Shown here one piece after another: positions 26,239-39,695 of a stretch of 55,915 nt of DNA. The stretch is from Eledone cirrhosa. Taxonomy: Eukaryota. The notes under the pieces are model-generated. The model ran no database searches. It had not been told where the DNA came from and saw only the letters and a list, made by a program, of their open reading frames with translations. Every line of letters starts with the position of its first letter. Position 1 is the stretch's first letter. The translations under genes and the position numbers were made by a program. The stretch covers positions 1 through 55,915 of the forward strand of contig CAXHJY010001259.1 in the NCBI GenBank assembly GCA_964016885.1, read 5' to 3'.

Positions 26239-26620
26239 CAGGGAAAATAGCCTTAAAATGTTTGTTACAATGTTGTAAGGACACTCAAAAACTTATATTC
26301 AATTTCCATTCATCATTTATTGCATGGTGTTTAAATTTTTGTCACACTCTTTCTGTGGAATTATGTAAATGACCAGGTTGTAAAGAGTGTGATGAAAATT
26401 TTGGACTCTACCACGCAATAAATGTAAATTGAATTTAACAATTTTTTTTGTTATATTTTCATAACTAAAATGATGTTTCCATGGTGTAATTAATTCAAAT
26501 ATTGTTTCATGATGATCAATACGGTTGACAATTACAGTATTTTTACTCTCTAATTCAGCAGTAAATGTCTTCTCTTTGAAACTAAAACTTTACTTAGTTT
26601 GACTATTTGATTCATTACAG

Positions 26621-26765
26621 TTCCATCATCGTGATCCTCATTTGGTAGGACTGTTGACAAGTGAGAAAATTCCAGATAATCATACCATATTCTATGGATT
26701 AATAACTGATGGAATACATACACATCCAGCAGCTTTAAGGATTGCTTACAGAGTTCATCCCAAAG
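26621..26765 (+). CDS. AMDHD2: AMDHD2 internal exon E
   Basis: [14 protein letters not shown]...[24 protein letters not shown](G); AG/GT bounded. Confidence 0.96.
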
Positions 26766-26994
26766 GTAGCATTGATTTTAAAAAAAAAAAAAATTTTATT
26801 TCATGTGAAAAATCTTATAGCATTCTTTTCAAATCTCTATATAAATTTGAGTGACTTCTGTCCATCCATCACATAGTGTGTTTGTGTGTTTGTGTGAATC
26901 TATGTTTAAAAGATAGGAAGGGGATTGTGAAAAAACTATAGCAAAACAGCGGTTGGCAGTCCATTTATTACGCTGTGTGTGAGTGTATTTGTAT

Positions 26995-28742
26995 TTCATC
27001 ATCACCGTTTTACGTCCATTCTTGCACGCTAGCATGGTTAGATGGGTTGTCCTGTTGTGGGTAGTGTCTGGTTGGCTGACCATGGCTTGCTCATACGGGA
27101 ACTGATTCTGGCTTGATTTCTACAGCTGGATGCCCTTCCTAACACCAACCTCATTTACAGTGAGTGCTGGGTGCTTTTTTTCGGTGGAGCCTACACGTCC
27201 ACTTTACAGTGTGGGCTGGGTGCTTTTTTGCCGTGGCACCTCCATGACCACTTTGCAGTGGGAGGGTGTGGTGGCATATTGTCAATATGCTTCAGCTTTG
27301 GCTTGTACCCGTGGGGGGTCAGGTCTTCTGTATTACTGTGTGACGCCAGAGGTCACGGTCATGTGTCATCGCCTTTGAGAGGTGTAATTGGGTAAGGTCG
27401 GCTTTTATCACCTCATCCCAGGTCTTCTTGGATCTCCCCACTCCACGGTTTCCATCGACTTCTAGTCCTCTGCACCTTTTTATGCAGCTATCATCCTTCA
27501 TACGCATCACATGTCCATACCAGCGCAACTGCCTCTCCTGCACACAGCATTTGATTCCGCTTATGCTCAGTCTCTCTCTCAATTCATTTATGCTTTGCCG
27601 TTCACGTATATTACTATTACACATCCATCGGAGCATGCAGGCTTCGTTTCTTTCTAATCTACGCAAGTCTTCCACAGACAGCGCCCAGGTCTCACTACCA
27701 TGTAACATTGCTGTTCATATACACACATCATACAGTCTGCCTTTCATTTTGAGCGAAAAGCTTTTTGCAGCTAGCAGTGGCAGTAGCTCCCTGAACTTCT
27801 TCCATCCCGTTCTTACTCTAGTTATTGTACTTTCAGAACACCCACCTCTGCTGCTAATTCAGTCACCTAGGTAGCAGAAGCTGTCTACTGTTTCTACAGA
27901 GCCTTCCCAGAGATTGGTGGTACTTGTTTCCTGTGGCTGTTTGCTGCTTGCTGTCCCAGCACAGCTGCTGCATGTGAAGCCTACATTCTTAATTAAGCTT
28001 CCTACGATCCCGCTACATCTCTTGTGTACCCATTGTTTGCATTTGGGGCAGAGAATGGATTTCCTACCTACACCTTTCCTACATACTGAGCAAGGCCATT
28101 TCCCTGAGGGGATCTGGGTTCTGTTTTCTCGTCTACTTATGATGATGATGATTACAAGGACCTTAGTCTTTGTCAGGTTGACTTTGAGACCCTTTCTTTC
28201 TAGTTCCTGCTTCCAAGTTTGGAATTTCTTCTCTAGTTCTACCATAGATTCAGCTATAAGTGCGAGGTCATCTGCCTACAGGAGTTCCCATGGGCATCCG
28301 ATCTTAAACTCCTCCGTTATTGCCTGCAGGACTATGATGAACAGGAGAGGGCTAAGAACAGAGCCCTGGTGGACACCGACCTGTACGCTAAATTCCTCGC
28401 TATAGTCATTGCTAATCCTAACTTTGCTGACTGCTCCCCTATACATGGCTTGTACAGCTTTCACAAGCCATTCACCTACTCCTAGTTTTCTAAGAGCCCA
28501 CCAGATTATAGCACGGGGGACTCTATCAAAGGCTTTCTCGAGATAGACGAATGTCAGGTAGAGCGGCTTACTTTTAGCTAGGTACTTTTCCTGTAACTGC
28601 CTCACAAGGAAGAGGGCATCAGTGGTGCCTCTTCCTGGCACAAACCCAAATTGCATCTCATCTAGTTTCACCCGGTCCCTAATCAACTGTGCTATAACTC
28701 TTTCTGTTACTTTCATGACCTGGTCCATCAGATTTATACCTT
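26995..28742 (-). mobile_element. RTE LINE fragment, second subfamily, with stop codons
   Basis: QFGFVPGRGTTDA, LEKAFDRVP, HQGSVLSPLLF, the zinc finger and the thumb are spread across three ORFs. Confidence 0.92.
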
Positions 28743-29950
28743 TGTGTGAATCTGTGTGCGTGTTTATGTGAATGTATGCTTGAGTGTGTATTTTTGTAAG
28801 TGTGTCTGTGTTTGCATGTTTATATTTGTATACTCATACATATAAATGTATGTATACACACATGCACACACACATATACACATACGCATCAGCGTGTTGA
28901 AAAAAAAAATCTTAGTGTAACAAAATACAAACCTGTTTAACCTATCTATCTATCATCATCACCGTTTAACATCTATTTTCTCACGCTTACATGGGTTTGA
29001 TGGGTTGTCCCATTGTGAGACAATTCAGGTCAGGTGACCATGTCTTGTTCATGTGCTTCTGTATTTTGGCTTTCTTAATATCAACCACATTACAGTGTAG
29101 ATTCATGCTTTTTTTTATCATGGCACCAAAATGATCACCTTACAGGGTATTTTTTTTGTCATGTCACAAACACAACTATTTCACAGGCATAAAGGATTGG
29201 GTAATTTGTTGTTGTGGCACCAGAAACCATGCCAAAATAAACCATATCAGCAAGACAGTCTTCTGACCTGCTTGTCTAGCCTTAGACAGTGACAAGCCAT
29301 TTTACTCATGCAAGTGTAGAAAATACATGTAAAATGGTGATGATGATGCATAGAATTAGGAAATACCTGAAAGTAATACCTTATAATGACTAGAATCCCT
29401 TTGATCTTTGTGGTTTTATTTAATCAGATCTGAGTAATGTGACAGCTACTGGGATTTACAGAGGCATGTTGTTATAATGTGGCATTACTTAGATGAACTG
29501 GTTATTTGAGAATTTCATCCTGATCATGAACACACATATTTAAACAACACTGGTAAAATGATATAAGCCTCGACCTTGATTGGTTGGTCATTGTCCTGTC
29601 ATAGCAGTAAATCATGAAGCCTTGCTCTTGGGTGCATGTATGAACGCTTGCAAGCATGAAAAAATGGACGTAAAACGATGATGACGATAACAATGTTAAT
29701 GATGATGATGATCGTTTAACATCCATCTTCTATGCTAACACGAGTTAGATGGGTTTGTCCCATTTAGAGAAAAGTTGGGTCGGGTGACCGTGTCTCGCTC
29801 ATATAGGACAGTTTCTAGCTAGTTTCTACAGCTGGATGCCCTTCCTAGTGCCACCCACTTTACAGTGTGGGCTAGATGCTTTTTGTCATAACATCTACAT
29901 GACCACTTTACAGTGTGGGCTGGATGTTTTGTGGTACCAACATAATATAT

Positions 29951-31407
29951 ACTTAAGAAAAGACACGACAACACATGGAAACAAAACAAATTGAAAAACA
30001 ATTTTTTAAGGGAAAAACCTTAAAAAATTACATAGGCCAACACATATTTTGGTGCAAGCACTATTTGAGCTGCTTTTTAGTAATTTTGTGGTGCTGAATC
30101 TGAAAATAACATACATTTGCCTTGGTTAACTCTCATTTTCCCTCTATTGAATATGCCTATTTTTCCTAAAAACACAGATCTTGCCTTCTTGTGACTCATT
30201 GGGTACATTGAACTCGCTAAAATTTAGTATACCAAGGATTTAGAGAGAGCCTCATAATCATGTAGATGACTGTTATATTTGTGCTGTTAATTTGGTAGGT
30301 GTGATTAGAAAGAAATGCAAATCTTTGAGCTATCCAAATTTGAATTTGGCTATAAGACCTGTGCTGCATTGTGAAGATATTCCAGTGTCAATTTTCACAG
30401 AATTTCTGGAAAAAACAACCAACGTTATAGCTGCCAAATCCAATTTTAATGATTTCGTTGGAACATATAATAGAGATAAAGATGATGAGGATTATGCAGG
30501 TCTGTCAAATGAACTAATCTATTTTACACAAGAATTACTTAGTGACTTGGTCAGAGATTGAAACCTGTCAAAGGAATCATCTGAGTTACTAGCTTCTTGA
30601 CTAAAAGATAAAAACCTCCTCCTACCAGGAACAAAAATAACGTTTTATCATACAAGAGATGCAGAATTTGTTCCATTTTTTTGACAAAAGGAATGAGCTG
30701 GTGTTTTGAAAATATAGAGAAGGCGTTTTTTATAAGTTGGGAATTGAAAAGTATTTTCCTAAGAACTAGAGGCTATTTATTGATAGCTCTAAATGAAGTT
30801 TGAAGTGTATCTTGCTGCATATCTCCAAAGAGAGGTAGCAAGGGTGGTGGGACATGAAAATGATGGCAGACTACTGTTTGAAACGTGATGAGGTACACAC
30901 AGAACATTCTAGAAAATCACTCAAAAGAAAATGTCTACCCTAAATTTTCCTCTAACATGATTAATTTTTATTTAGTGGTGATGAATACACATTTGTGTGA
31001 ATCTGTGTTCAAATAAATCTGTAGTTGTTATTAAATGTTTCCTAGGATAAATCATTTGTTGTTTTCTTTGACTGATATACTTTTATATGATACACTATTT
31101 TTCTTAGAATACAAGAAAACTAAAGCTAACGGTGAAAAATGATTTTTGGATTCAGCAACCTGAAAAACTTTCCAATCAAAACATCCCCTGCACTATTTCA
31201 AATTTTTTTTTTTTTATGTAGACCTGTATTATTTAAAAAAAAAATATATATAAACAAAGGAAACAGAACTGCATCTCAATGATCAATGACTTCTGTCTCC
31301 TTTGTTTGTATATTTATTTAAAAAAAAATTTTTTTAAGGTTTCCCCTTAAAAAATTGTTTTTTGTTTTGTTTGTTTGTTGTCTTGTATTTGTTAATTTTC
31401 GTAAGTT
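29951..31407. repeat. Old foldback element interrupted by a Chapaev3 insertion
   Basis: Left arm 29951-30030 plus 31232-31268 is an imperfect reverse complement of 31291-31407. Confidence 0.65.
30031..31228 (+). mobile_element. Chapaev3-like (CMC superfamily) DNA transposon, decayed and internally deleted
   Basis: TTA TSD on both sides; decayed TIRs CATAGGCCAACA / TGTAGACCTGTA; transposase relics DDCYIC, AIRPVLH, DLVRD..LSKESSELLAS, RLFIDSS and MMADYC. The family assignment is from recalled motifs. Confidence 0.65.
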
Positions 31408-32822
31408 TATTTATTAATGTGACGTACTGTTCATCTCTTCTCCTCCATTTATTGTAATGGGTTATATATATATAAGCCATTACAATAAATGAGGGAGAAG
31501 ATATATATATATATATCCTAGTTCTATCATTATTTTTATGTCCAATTTTTTCATGTTGGAATGGGTTGGTAATATCAGTTTCAACACAGCATATATCCAC
31601 TTAATGCAGTCATTCATCATCTCAGCTATGAAGCTCAGCATCCTGAGATCATTGCTCTCCACTTCTTCCCCACCCTCTTCAGTCTTCTTCCACAAGCTCC
31701 TTTTACCTACAGCATTTGGCAATTTTTTCACTTTGTTTTCATTCTTCATGCACATCACATGTCCACACTAATGTAGTTATCTCTTCTGCATGCTACAGTC
31801 GATAATCTTAATACCAAGGTTTTTCTCTCAGTATATTTATGCCATGTCATTTATGCATGCTAATGCTTCACATCCAGTGAAACATAACACAACACAAGTT
31901 GAAAATCTTGCTACAGTAAAAAGAGCAAAACAAAACTCTTATTTATGGATTTTTGTCAGTACAGTATATGGGTCAGCTGAAAAGTTCATAGGCTGACTAT
32001 GAAGGAGTGATGCTAGTGCTGTGAAATCTTGCATGCATTAATTTCAACTCTTCTTATTAATAACTACATTGTTTCTTTACAGGGACAATGTTGAAAAATA
32101 AATCTCATTTGGTCATTCCATGAGAGTATCTTGGTCAGCTTATGAACTTTGAATAAGATATTGGAAATTGTGATAAATGTTTGTATTCAATTTCTGTACA
32201 ATTGATTAATTTGTTAAATAGTTTTAAGGGAAAAATTGGCAACTAGAAATGTACTGGTTGCATTTACAATATAGAAGGATCAAAATAATGTGTAATAATT
32301 TTGACAGCCGTTAAAAAATGACATGAATATGTTATGCGTTTCTATTTTTGAATAGTAGCTAGTCAACACTACTCTAAATATATGTCAGTTCAGTATTTGA
32401 AAGTATAAGCATGTCCAAAATATATTTACTTATTTAAAGCATGTTTAAACTTGTTAATGGTCTAACTGTGTTGGGTTTCTGCATGCCACAACAAATGTCC
32501 AAGAATATATATGGTTTCTAGGAAGTTATCTCTTTTCATGTTTGTCACAGCCCATTACATGTTCTATGCGAAGTAGTTTAGAACTACAGAGAGCCAGATT
32601 GTTAAGTACAGATGATAGTAGTCTAGAATTGGCTGGATGTAGTTACTTAAGAATTGAAACAGCAAAGAAATATATTAGTGATTTAGTATAAGAAAGTGTT
32701 ACACCATCATCATACATCTGTTTTTCTATGCAAGCATGGGTTAGATGGGTTGTTACAGAACAAATCTGTATTTGATTAGAACTTGTGTTCTTCTAGACTA
32801 CCCAGAGGTCATGTATCACATA

Positions 32823-35473
32823 CCGTATATACTCGCGTATAGGTCGCCTCGGCAGATAGGTCGCATACCCACTTTTCATTTAACAAATAGGCTATTTGCC
32901 ATTGACTCGCAGATAGATTGCACTGAAATTTGGACCGTCCAACTACTATTTTTTATGATAATTGAAACTAATAATCTGTTAGCTTCCATTACTTCACCAT
33001 TGCGATATATACTCCAAACCATGTTTTATTTATAAAATAAACATTAACGTCATCAAAATCTCGTCAATTCGAGATTACTGCGAGATAAAGCCTTTAAGCG
33101 TGAAAATTAACTCTTAATATAGTGAAACAACTTGAAATAACACCTGTTTTTTAACGTTGAAAGTATAACAGATTTTTAGCGTATCAACATGGCTTCCCAA
33201 AGTAGCGAATACCGACTTTGAAGGTTTTCCATGTGACGACATTCGAAATGAAAAAGAAACACAAGATAATATTAGTGATTTATCTTCAAATGAATCAGAC
33301 GTATTTATTTCTGACGATGATAGTTACTTTGAAAGTGAAAGCGAAGATCTGACGGACGCCATTGAAAATATTACAGCAACGTGGTTGAAAGATACAACAC
33401 CAATACATGTTCACACCTGTTAATGAACTTATATAATGGGAACATTCTGTTACGTAAATTTACACCGTACGTACATTGCAAATATTATTTTGACTGGTGA
33501 AAAGGATTTATACATTTTTTTCAATGAAAATATTTGCCGGGAATGTAGAGAAAGACTAAAACCTTGTACTGATTATATCTGCATTTTTAATTAATTCACC
33601 TGTTCGGAAAACTGCTAGAATTGATGGAAGTCAACATCTAGGTCATTATTGAATTATTTTGCAACAAATCTAAAAGGTAAGGCAGATAAAGTTTAAATAT
33701 TTGCATTTATCCATAAAGTTATTACTTTTAGACCTGTTAATTAATAGTTTTTTCATTTCTTCATCTGTAACTGTGCATTCGTTATAATAGTCATTCAATT
33801 CATCTTCACATTCTTCAATATCATCTCCCTCATCACTCTCTGCATTTTCTGTCTTTTCACCAACTAAATCCTCATATAACACAACATTTTCAGTCCCGTC
33901 CATCACATTTGATATGCCACATTTTTTGAAAGCCTTCATTATAAGCTCTTCAGGGATACTTTCCCAAGCCTCCTTCACCCACTCCACCACTAATCTCAAG
34001 CCAGATCTTTTCAATGATCCACCTTTGGTAATTTCTTTTTCACCTGATATCATCCAAGAAGTCCAGAGTTTACGGATATAAGTCTTGAAGGGCTTATTTA
34101 CTGCCACATCAAGGGGTTGTAAGACTGAGGTATAAACACCAGGAATCACTGCTTGTCTTGTTTTACAATCCTTCAGCTTAGCCTTTACAGACTCACAGGA
34201 GTGAGATCGAAACATATCCCAAACTAGCAAACTTTGTGGCTTCAGTAATGCCCCTGGCCTTTTCATCCACACTTCATCAAGCCATAACTTTGTACCTTCA
34301 CAATCATATTGCTTGGAAAATTCTCTTTTGGCATAATTTTCCTTTTGAAAATAACCATATGGCGAAGTTTTCTAGCCTGGCATGTAGAACAACAGTAAAA
34401 TGTTGTTTTTTCATGACCTGTGGTTTTGACTGTAACAGTTTTGTTACCTACACTATCCACAGTTGTGTTACCTGGCATATCAAAGTACATGGGTGTTTCA
34501 TCCATGTTGGCTATATTCTCCATGGCAAAATCAAACATTTTTCTTTCCTTTAAAACAAATTTTACAAAATTGTGTACTTTGTCATCAATATCTTTTGGCA
34601 GCTTTTGTGCAATATGTGTCTTTTGGCAAAGAGTCAGTCCAAACCTATTCATAAACCTGGTGCACCACCCTGCTGACGATTTAAATTGGGATAAGTGGTA
34701 CTTTGGTGCAAGTTGAAGGACTTTCGTTCTTATAGAAAGTCTTGTAACAATGTGTCCATTTTCCCTGATATCTAAAACCCAATCATTTAGCTCTTTTTCA
34801 AGATCTTGATATGGTGATACTCCAAACCTTGCTGCTCTCTTTGATTTAGGCATTTCTCCCAGCTTGTCTTTTTGTTTCCTCCAACCTCTTACCACCTTTT
34901 CTGACACTCCAAACTCCCTTTCTGCTGATCTATTTCCAATTTCTTCTGCATAACCAACCACCTTTAACTTGAAAACTGTTTGATAACTTTTTCTCTTACC
35001 GGAATTCATATTTATCAGTGAATTATAAAAAAAATTTCAACTATCAACTTTTCTCACTTGCTAATTTTGAAAAGAAACGCCACATGCAATAATCTGTTTC
35101 CTGTTATAGTAAATACATCACAATACTTGTTCATAGCAACGCTAAGACAATGATATCACCTTTTAAATACCGGTTATGTATTTCTATGGATTTTAATGAC
35201 AGATGGTTCAGTCAGATAGAAAAAATATAAACACTACAAAGTTTTAGTAAAAAATTTAAAATCAAGAAATATATGTATAAGAAGGTAGATATATGAAATT
35301 ATTATGTTAAATAATAAAAAAAATATGAACAAAGTTATTTTTATAAATACCCATCGTTGATTAAGTCTATGAAAAATCATTGGTCAGTCTGATGTCGATA
35401 GGATAGGTCGCACCCCAAAAATTTATATTTATTTATCATTAAAAAAGTGCGACCTATACACGAGTATATACGG
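32823..35473 (-). mobile_element. pogo-family (POGK-like) DNA transposon, full-length with a disrupted transposase
   Basis: TIR CCGTATATACTCGYGTATAGGTCGC at both ends and a TA TSD. ORFs 34263-35009 (Brk-like HTH, CENP-B HTH, NMDETP) and 33670-34272 (VWDMF..H, LQPLDVAVNKPFK, FKKCGIS). Confidence 0.92.
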
Positions 35474-35779
35474 TACATATGTTCTGGTTTTGACATGGTT
35501 TCTACAGCTGGATAACCATCCTAATGCTAACCCTTTTCAGAATGTACCAGGTGAATTTTATCATGGCACCAGCAATAGGGAAAGTGTCATATCCTTGACA
35601 TAGTTAAAGAGTCCTCTCAACTCCTGGCATGATTTCTACAGCTAGATGCCCTTCCCAATACCAATCACTTTACAAGGTCAACAGGGTGCATTTTATCATA
35701 TTACAAGCATGATAAAATGCTTGCAAAGTATATTTAAGTTTCTGTGGAGTATATATTTGGTTCATAATTCTCTGCAGGT

Positions 35780-36330
35780 CAAATGCCTGTAGGAGTTTTG
35801 AGTTAGTTTGACTCTTTCCAGGATTTAAATCTGGATATTAATTAAAAGTTGTTGAAAATATTAAATATATCTTGTAGCTTGGATAGCAAGCTCAGAAAAA
35901 TATATCAACAAAAGAAAAGCAACTGTGTGGCTAGTATGTCATATATTATGATGGGTCTGAAAGACAACCCAGTGGAAGAATATTAGCAGTGGTTAAACCT
36001 GTCTTGTTATATGGCTGTCACACAGATACTCACACAGAGGCTTGAAAATCAGCTGGACAGAATCTACTCCTGCATGTTACAGCCACACCACCAATACAGA
36101 AGTTTATGATGGTTTGCTAAAATTAACTGAAAAGCTAGCTCAGTGAATATTGTGATTAGAGGGTCACTGTGTGAGACATCCTAAAGAAATAGTCTCAAAT
36201 CTAGTGCTTTGGCAGCCAATACATAACTGGATTAATTGTAGGAGATAATCCACCAACTTTATTGATATACTTTAAAAAGACACCAGTAATAGGAACTGAT
36301 GCTTGATCAAGACATTTGGTATGGGTATGT
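35780..36330 (+). mobile_element. Highly degenerate LINE (RTE/RTEX-like) 3' relic
   Basis: Patchy motifs resembling F.YLGS.I and V..VLLYGC...LENQLD..YS.ML; many disruptions. Confidence 0.4.
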
Positions 36331-36693
36331 TTCTTTGATTGGGTAATTGGCTGAAATGAGATAAGATGAGGATTCACAAAATCTAGTGAGCAGTTTATGG
36401 GAAGTAGTTTAGAACTGTTAATGAAAAAAATGACGCCAAACCCCTGACAGTCCCCTACTGACAACTTCTCCTCCAAAAAACATTACGAAAAATATAAAAA
36501 AATGGCAATCAGCTTAATTAACGACACAATAGTTTGATAGTTAAGTTCTAAAATTGGCACAAAGCCATACACTTTTCAAACTCATGATCTTAAGATAGCT
36601 GTTATGTAAATGCATGCCCCCCCCCATATATATGTATAAGCATATTTATACACATGCACACACACACACACACACACACTATATATAGAGAGA

Positions 36694-37059
36694 GAGGCAC
36701 ATGGCTTAGTGGTTAGAGCATTGTGAGTTCAATTCTCAGATTGGGTGATGTGTTGTTTCCTTGAGCAAGACACTTTATTTCACATTGCTCCAGTTTACTC
36801 AGCTGTAGAAATGAGCTGATAGGACCGGGGTCCCTATCATTCCACTGCAAAATGGTCGTGGAGGTGCCACTGCACAAAAGCACCCAGCCCACACTGTAAA
36901 GTGGACGTGTAAGTGCCACGGAAAAAAAAAGCACCCAGCACTCACTGTAAATGAGGTTGGTGTTAGGAAGAGCATCCAGCTGTAGAAATCGAGCCAGAAT
37001 CAGTTCCCGTCCCACCCTTGTAAGCAGGGAAAAGCAGACGTAAAAGATGATGATGATGA
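36694..37059 (+). mobile_element. CORE-type tRNA SINE copy (head deletion, extra tail repeat unit)
   Basis: Match to the 7024 copy. Confidence 0.85.
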
Positions 37060-37125
37060 TAGAGGTAGAACACTGGAAGGTAATATCCATAGTGGTAGAG
37101 CACTCAGTCCATGGGACGAGTTAGG

Positions 37126-37280
37126 TAGAAGTGGTTACACAACAGCTAGTTCACTGTACTGAGAACAACTGTTTCACATTAACGGATCCTCAGCTCGTAA
37201 TCCGATTACGAGCTGAGAATCCGCTAAGGTGAAACAATTGTTCTCGGTACGGTGAACTAACTGTTGTGTAACCACTTCTA
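37126..37280. repeat. 155 bp palindrome of two diverged head-to-head hammerhead-bearing arms
   Basis: 77 bp arms centred on 37203, with 7 mismatches. Arm consensus CGAG-CTGAGGA-TCC(gctaa)GGT-GAAA-CAATTG-TT-CTCG. Confidence 0.8.
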
Positions 37281-37547
37281 TATATAAATATATATATATA
37301 TATATATAAAAATATATATATATATATAGGTACACTGATGTTTCACCCCCCCCCTCTCACATACACCACCCACTCATGCATGTTATCACTCACCTTCACT
37401 AATACACAGTTACACATATGCTCACATTCACAGCCATGCACACAACTGCATCACTATTCCTGTGCTTTCCTACAACATATGCATCATCTCATTTGAACAC
37501 GTAAATCATTACTATCGATCACTGTTGACTGATCCACACATTCAGTC

Positions 37548-37672
37548 ATCTTCCACACAAAGTTCCACACAATCTACCACACAATCTACCACACAATCTA
37601 CCACACAAAGTTCCACACAATCTATCACACAATCTATCACACAATCTACCACACAAAGTTCCACACAAAGTT
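37548..37672. repeat. 12 bp minisatellite (TCTACCACACAA)n, about 10 copies
   Basis: Read directly. Confidence 0.9.
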
Positions 37673-39568
37673 GACTATATATATGTATGTATGTATGTAC
37701 GTATGTATGTATCAATTGTCATCATTTTTACAGTGGTCAGTAGTCAACAGAGAGACAATGTACAATGTGGGTGTCAGGCAGATGAAATATAGAAAAGATT
37801 GAAAGAGGAGGAGGGCAAGGAGATATGTTTGGGCACACAGAAGTGACTGGAAGAAGGAAATAAAGAAAGGCGATGTTCAAGACAAGTTTACACACACATC
37901 TTCACCCTCATCAACTCAAACCAGCAAAATTGTTTTGCACGATTTAATTGAGGGTACCATTTCAAAATGCTGCAGAAAAATAAATCTTTCTGCTGGTATG
38001 ATGTGTGTCTGATAAAATAAACAGCACAGATAGAAGGATGAAAGTAAAGAAAATAATGGGGTAGTGGACATCAAGCTGTGGCGTCTGTCCTAAATCCACC
38101 ATGTGGATAGTCTCTTTTTTGACCACTGGTCACTTGTCTCTGTCCTCTGAGGCATTTTTACCCATCACTGTCTTTAACAGCATTTAGCTGTGTTAATGGC
38201 TGTTCTAGTGATGAGTTGTCTCAGTTTTATATGTATTCAAATACACTCTTGCTTCCTCTCAATAGGAGACAACTTTGTTTTTTCATTTAACTTTATCAAA
38301 GCTACAAGTCTGTACTGAACCACTGATCTCCCAAGCTAGCCAGGGATCTGTGTCTCACTTTTGTATGGTCTCACGTTCCATCGAGTGCTTGGGAGAGGTT
38401 GTCATATTTTTGACACAACTGAGGGTCCTCCCAACCCTTTGTTTGTTTGTTTGGCAAACTCTCCTTGCATGGAAGCTCTTCCTATCACCAACCACATCAA
38501 AGGGGAGGGGGTACTGCCAGGAATGTGCATGTGTATGTGTGGGGGTGAAGTAATGAGTTGAGAATAACTGTTAGGGAGTCGAAGGGGAAGGGTAGGTCAG
38601 GTCACATAGTAAGCTGCAGGCCAGGTCTTCTTCAGCACTGTGTAGTTCCAGCTCTTGTGGTCTTTAGTCATTTCATAAAGGTTTATCTTTTGAAGGTCAG
38701 TCCTTTCAACCTCACCCCATTTCTTCTTAGGTCTGCCGCTTCCATGTTTCATGAATATATAAATATATATGTATATACGTATATGTATCTATATATGAAT
38801 ATATATATGTGTGCGTGTATATATTTATCTATATATGCACACATACATGGAGGATCGAGATCTCTTGTGTCATGTGATACTTAGAAGTCCCCCCACCTGC
38901 CATGTGCACAAAGTGAAATGAATCAAACATGCAGAGGATACACTAGCCTGCAGCAATCCTCTACCCCCATCCATTTTCCTCTGCCTTAAAACCTCAGTCA
39001 CACTCACGCTAAATATCTCACACACTTAATCGATGTCGAACTTGGTTATCTGCCCCCCTCCCAGCCATGATACAGCCCATGAAAGCTGGTCATGACATCT
39101 GATCTCCCATAATACCATTGCCATGACAAAAAGCACAAAGACTTGTATGCTGATCTCACAAAAGCAAAATGTACCCAGTTCATCCTGTAAGGTAGTCGTG
39201 TTGGTGACATAAGAAAAAGCACCCAGTTTACACTGTAAAGTGGTCATGCTGGTGACAAACAAAAAATACTCAGTCCATACTGTAAGGTGGCCATGCTGGT
39301 GACAACAAAAAGCACCCAGTCCACACTGTAAGGTGGTTGTGTTGGTGACATGACAAAAAGCACCCAGTTCACTCTGCAAAGTGGTCATTTTGGTGCCACA
39401 ATAAAAAGCACCAAGTCCACAATGTAATGTGTTTGGTGTTACGAAGGTCATCCTGCCATAGAAACTAAGCCAGACCTGTCTAATGTGACAACCCGACTAA
39501 CGTATGAAAGCATGGAAAAATGGATGTTAAACAATGATGATAATGATGATACATATGTATATATGAGA

Positions 39569-39608
<40 letters not shown>

Positions 39609-39695
39609 AGGGGGTGTAACTAGGAGTTACTGCAGGTTCACCCGGGTGAGAACTCGATGTTTAGGTTCACTTCATTTTCTTATAACATTGTAGGA

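Noticed and set aside
39160-39440. CRISPR-like ~41 bp periodic repeats (also at 13985-14205 and 18290-18540)
   Set aside because: These are tandem units of the RTE/SINE 3' UTR with no unique spacers and no cas genes, in a eukaryotic context.
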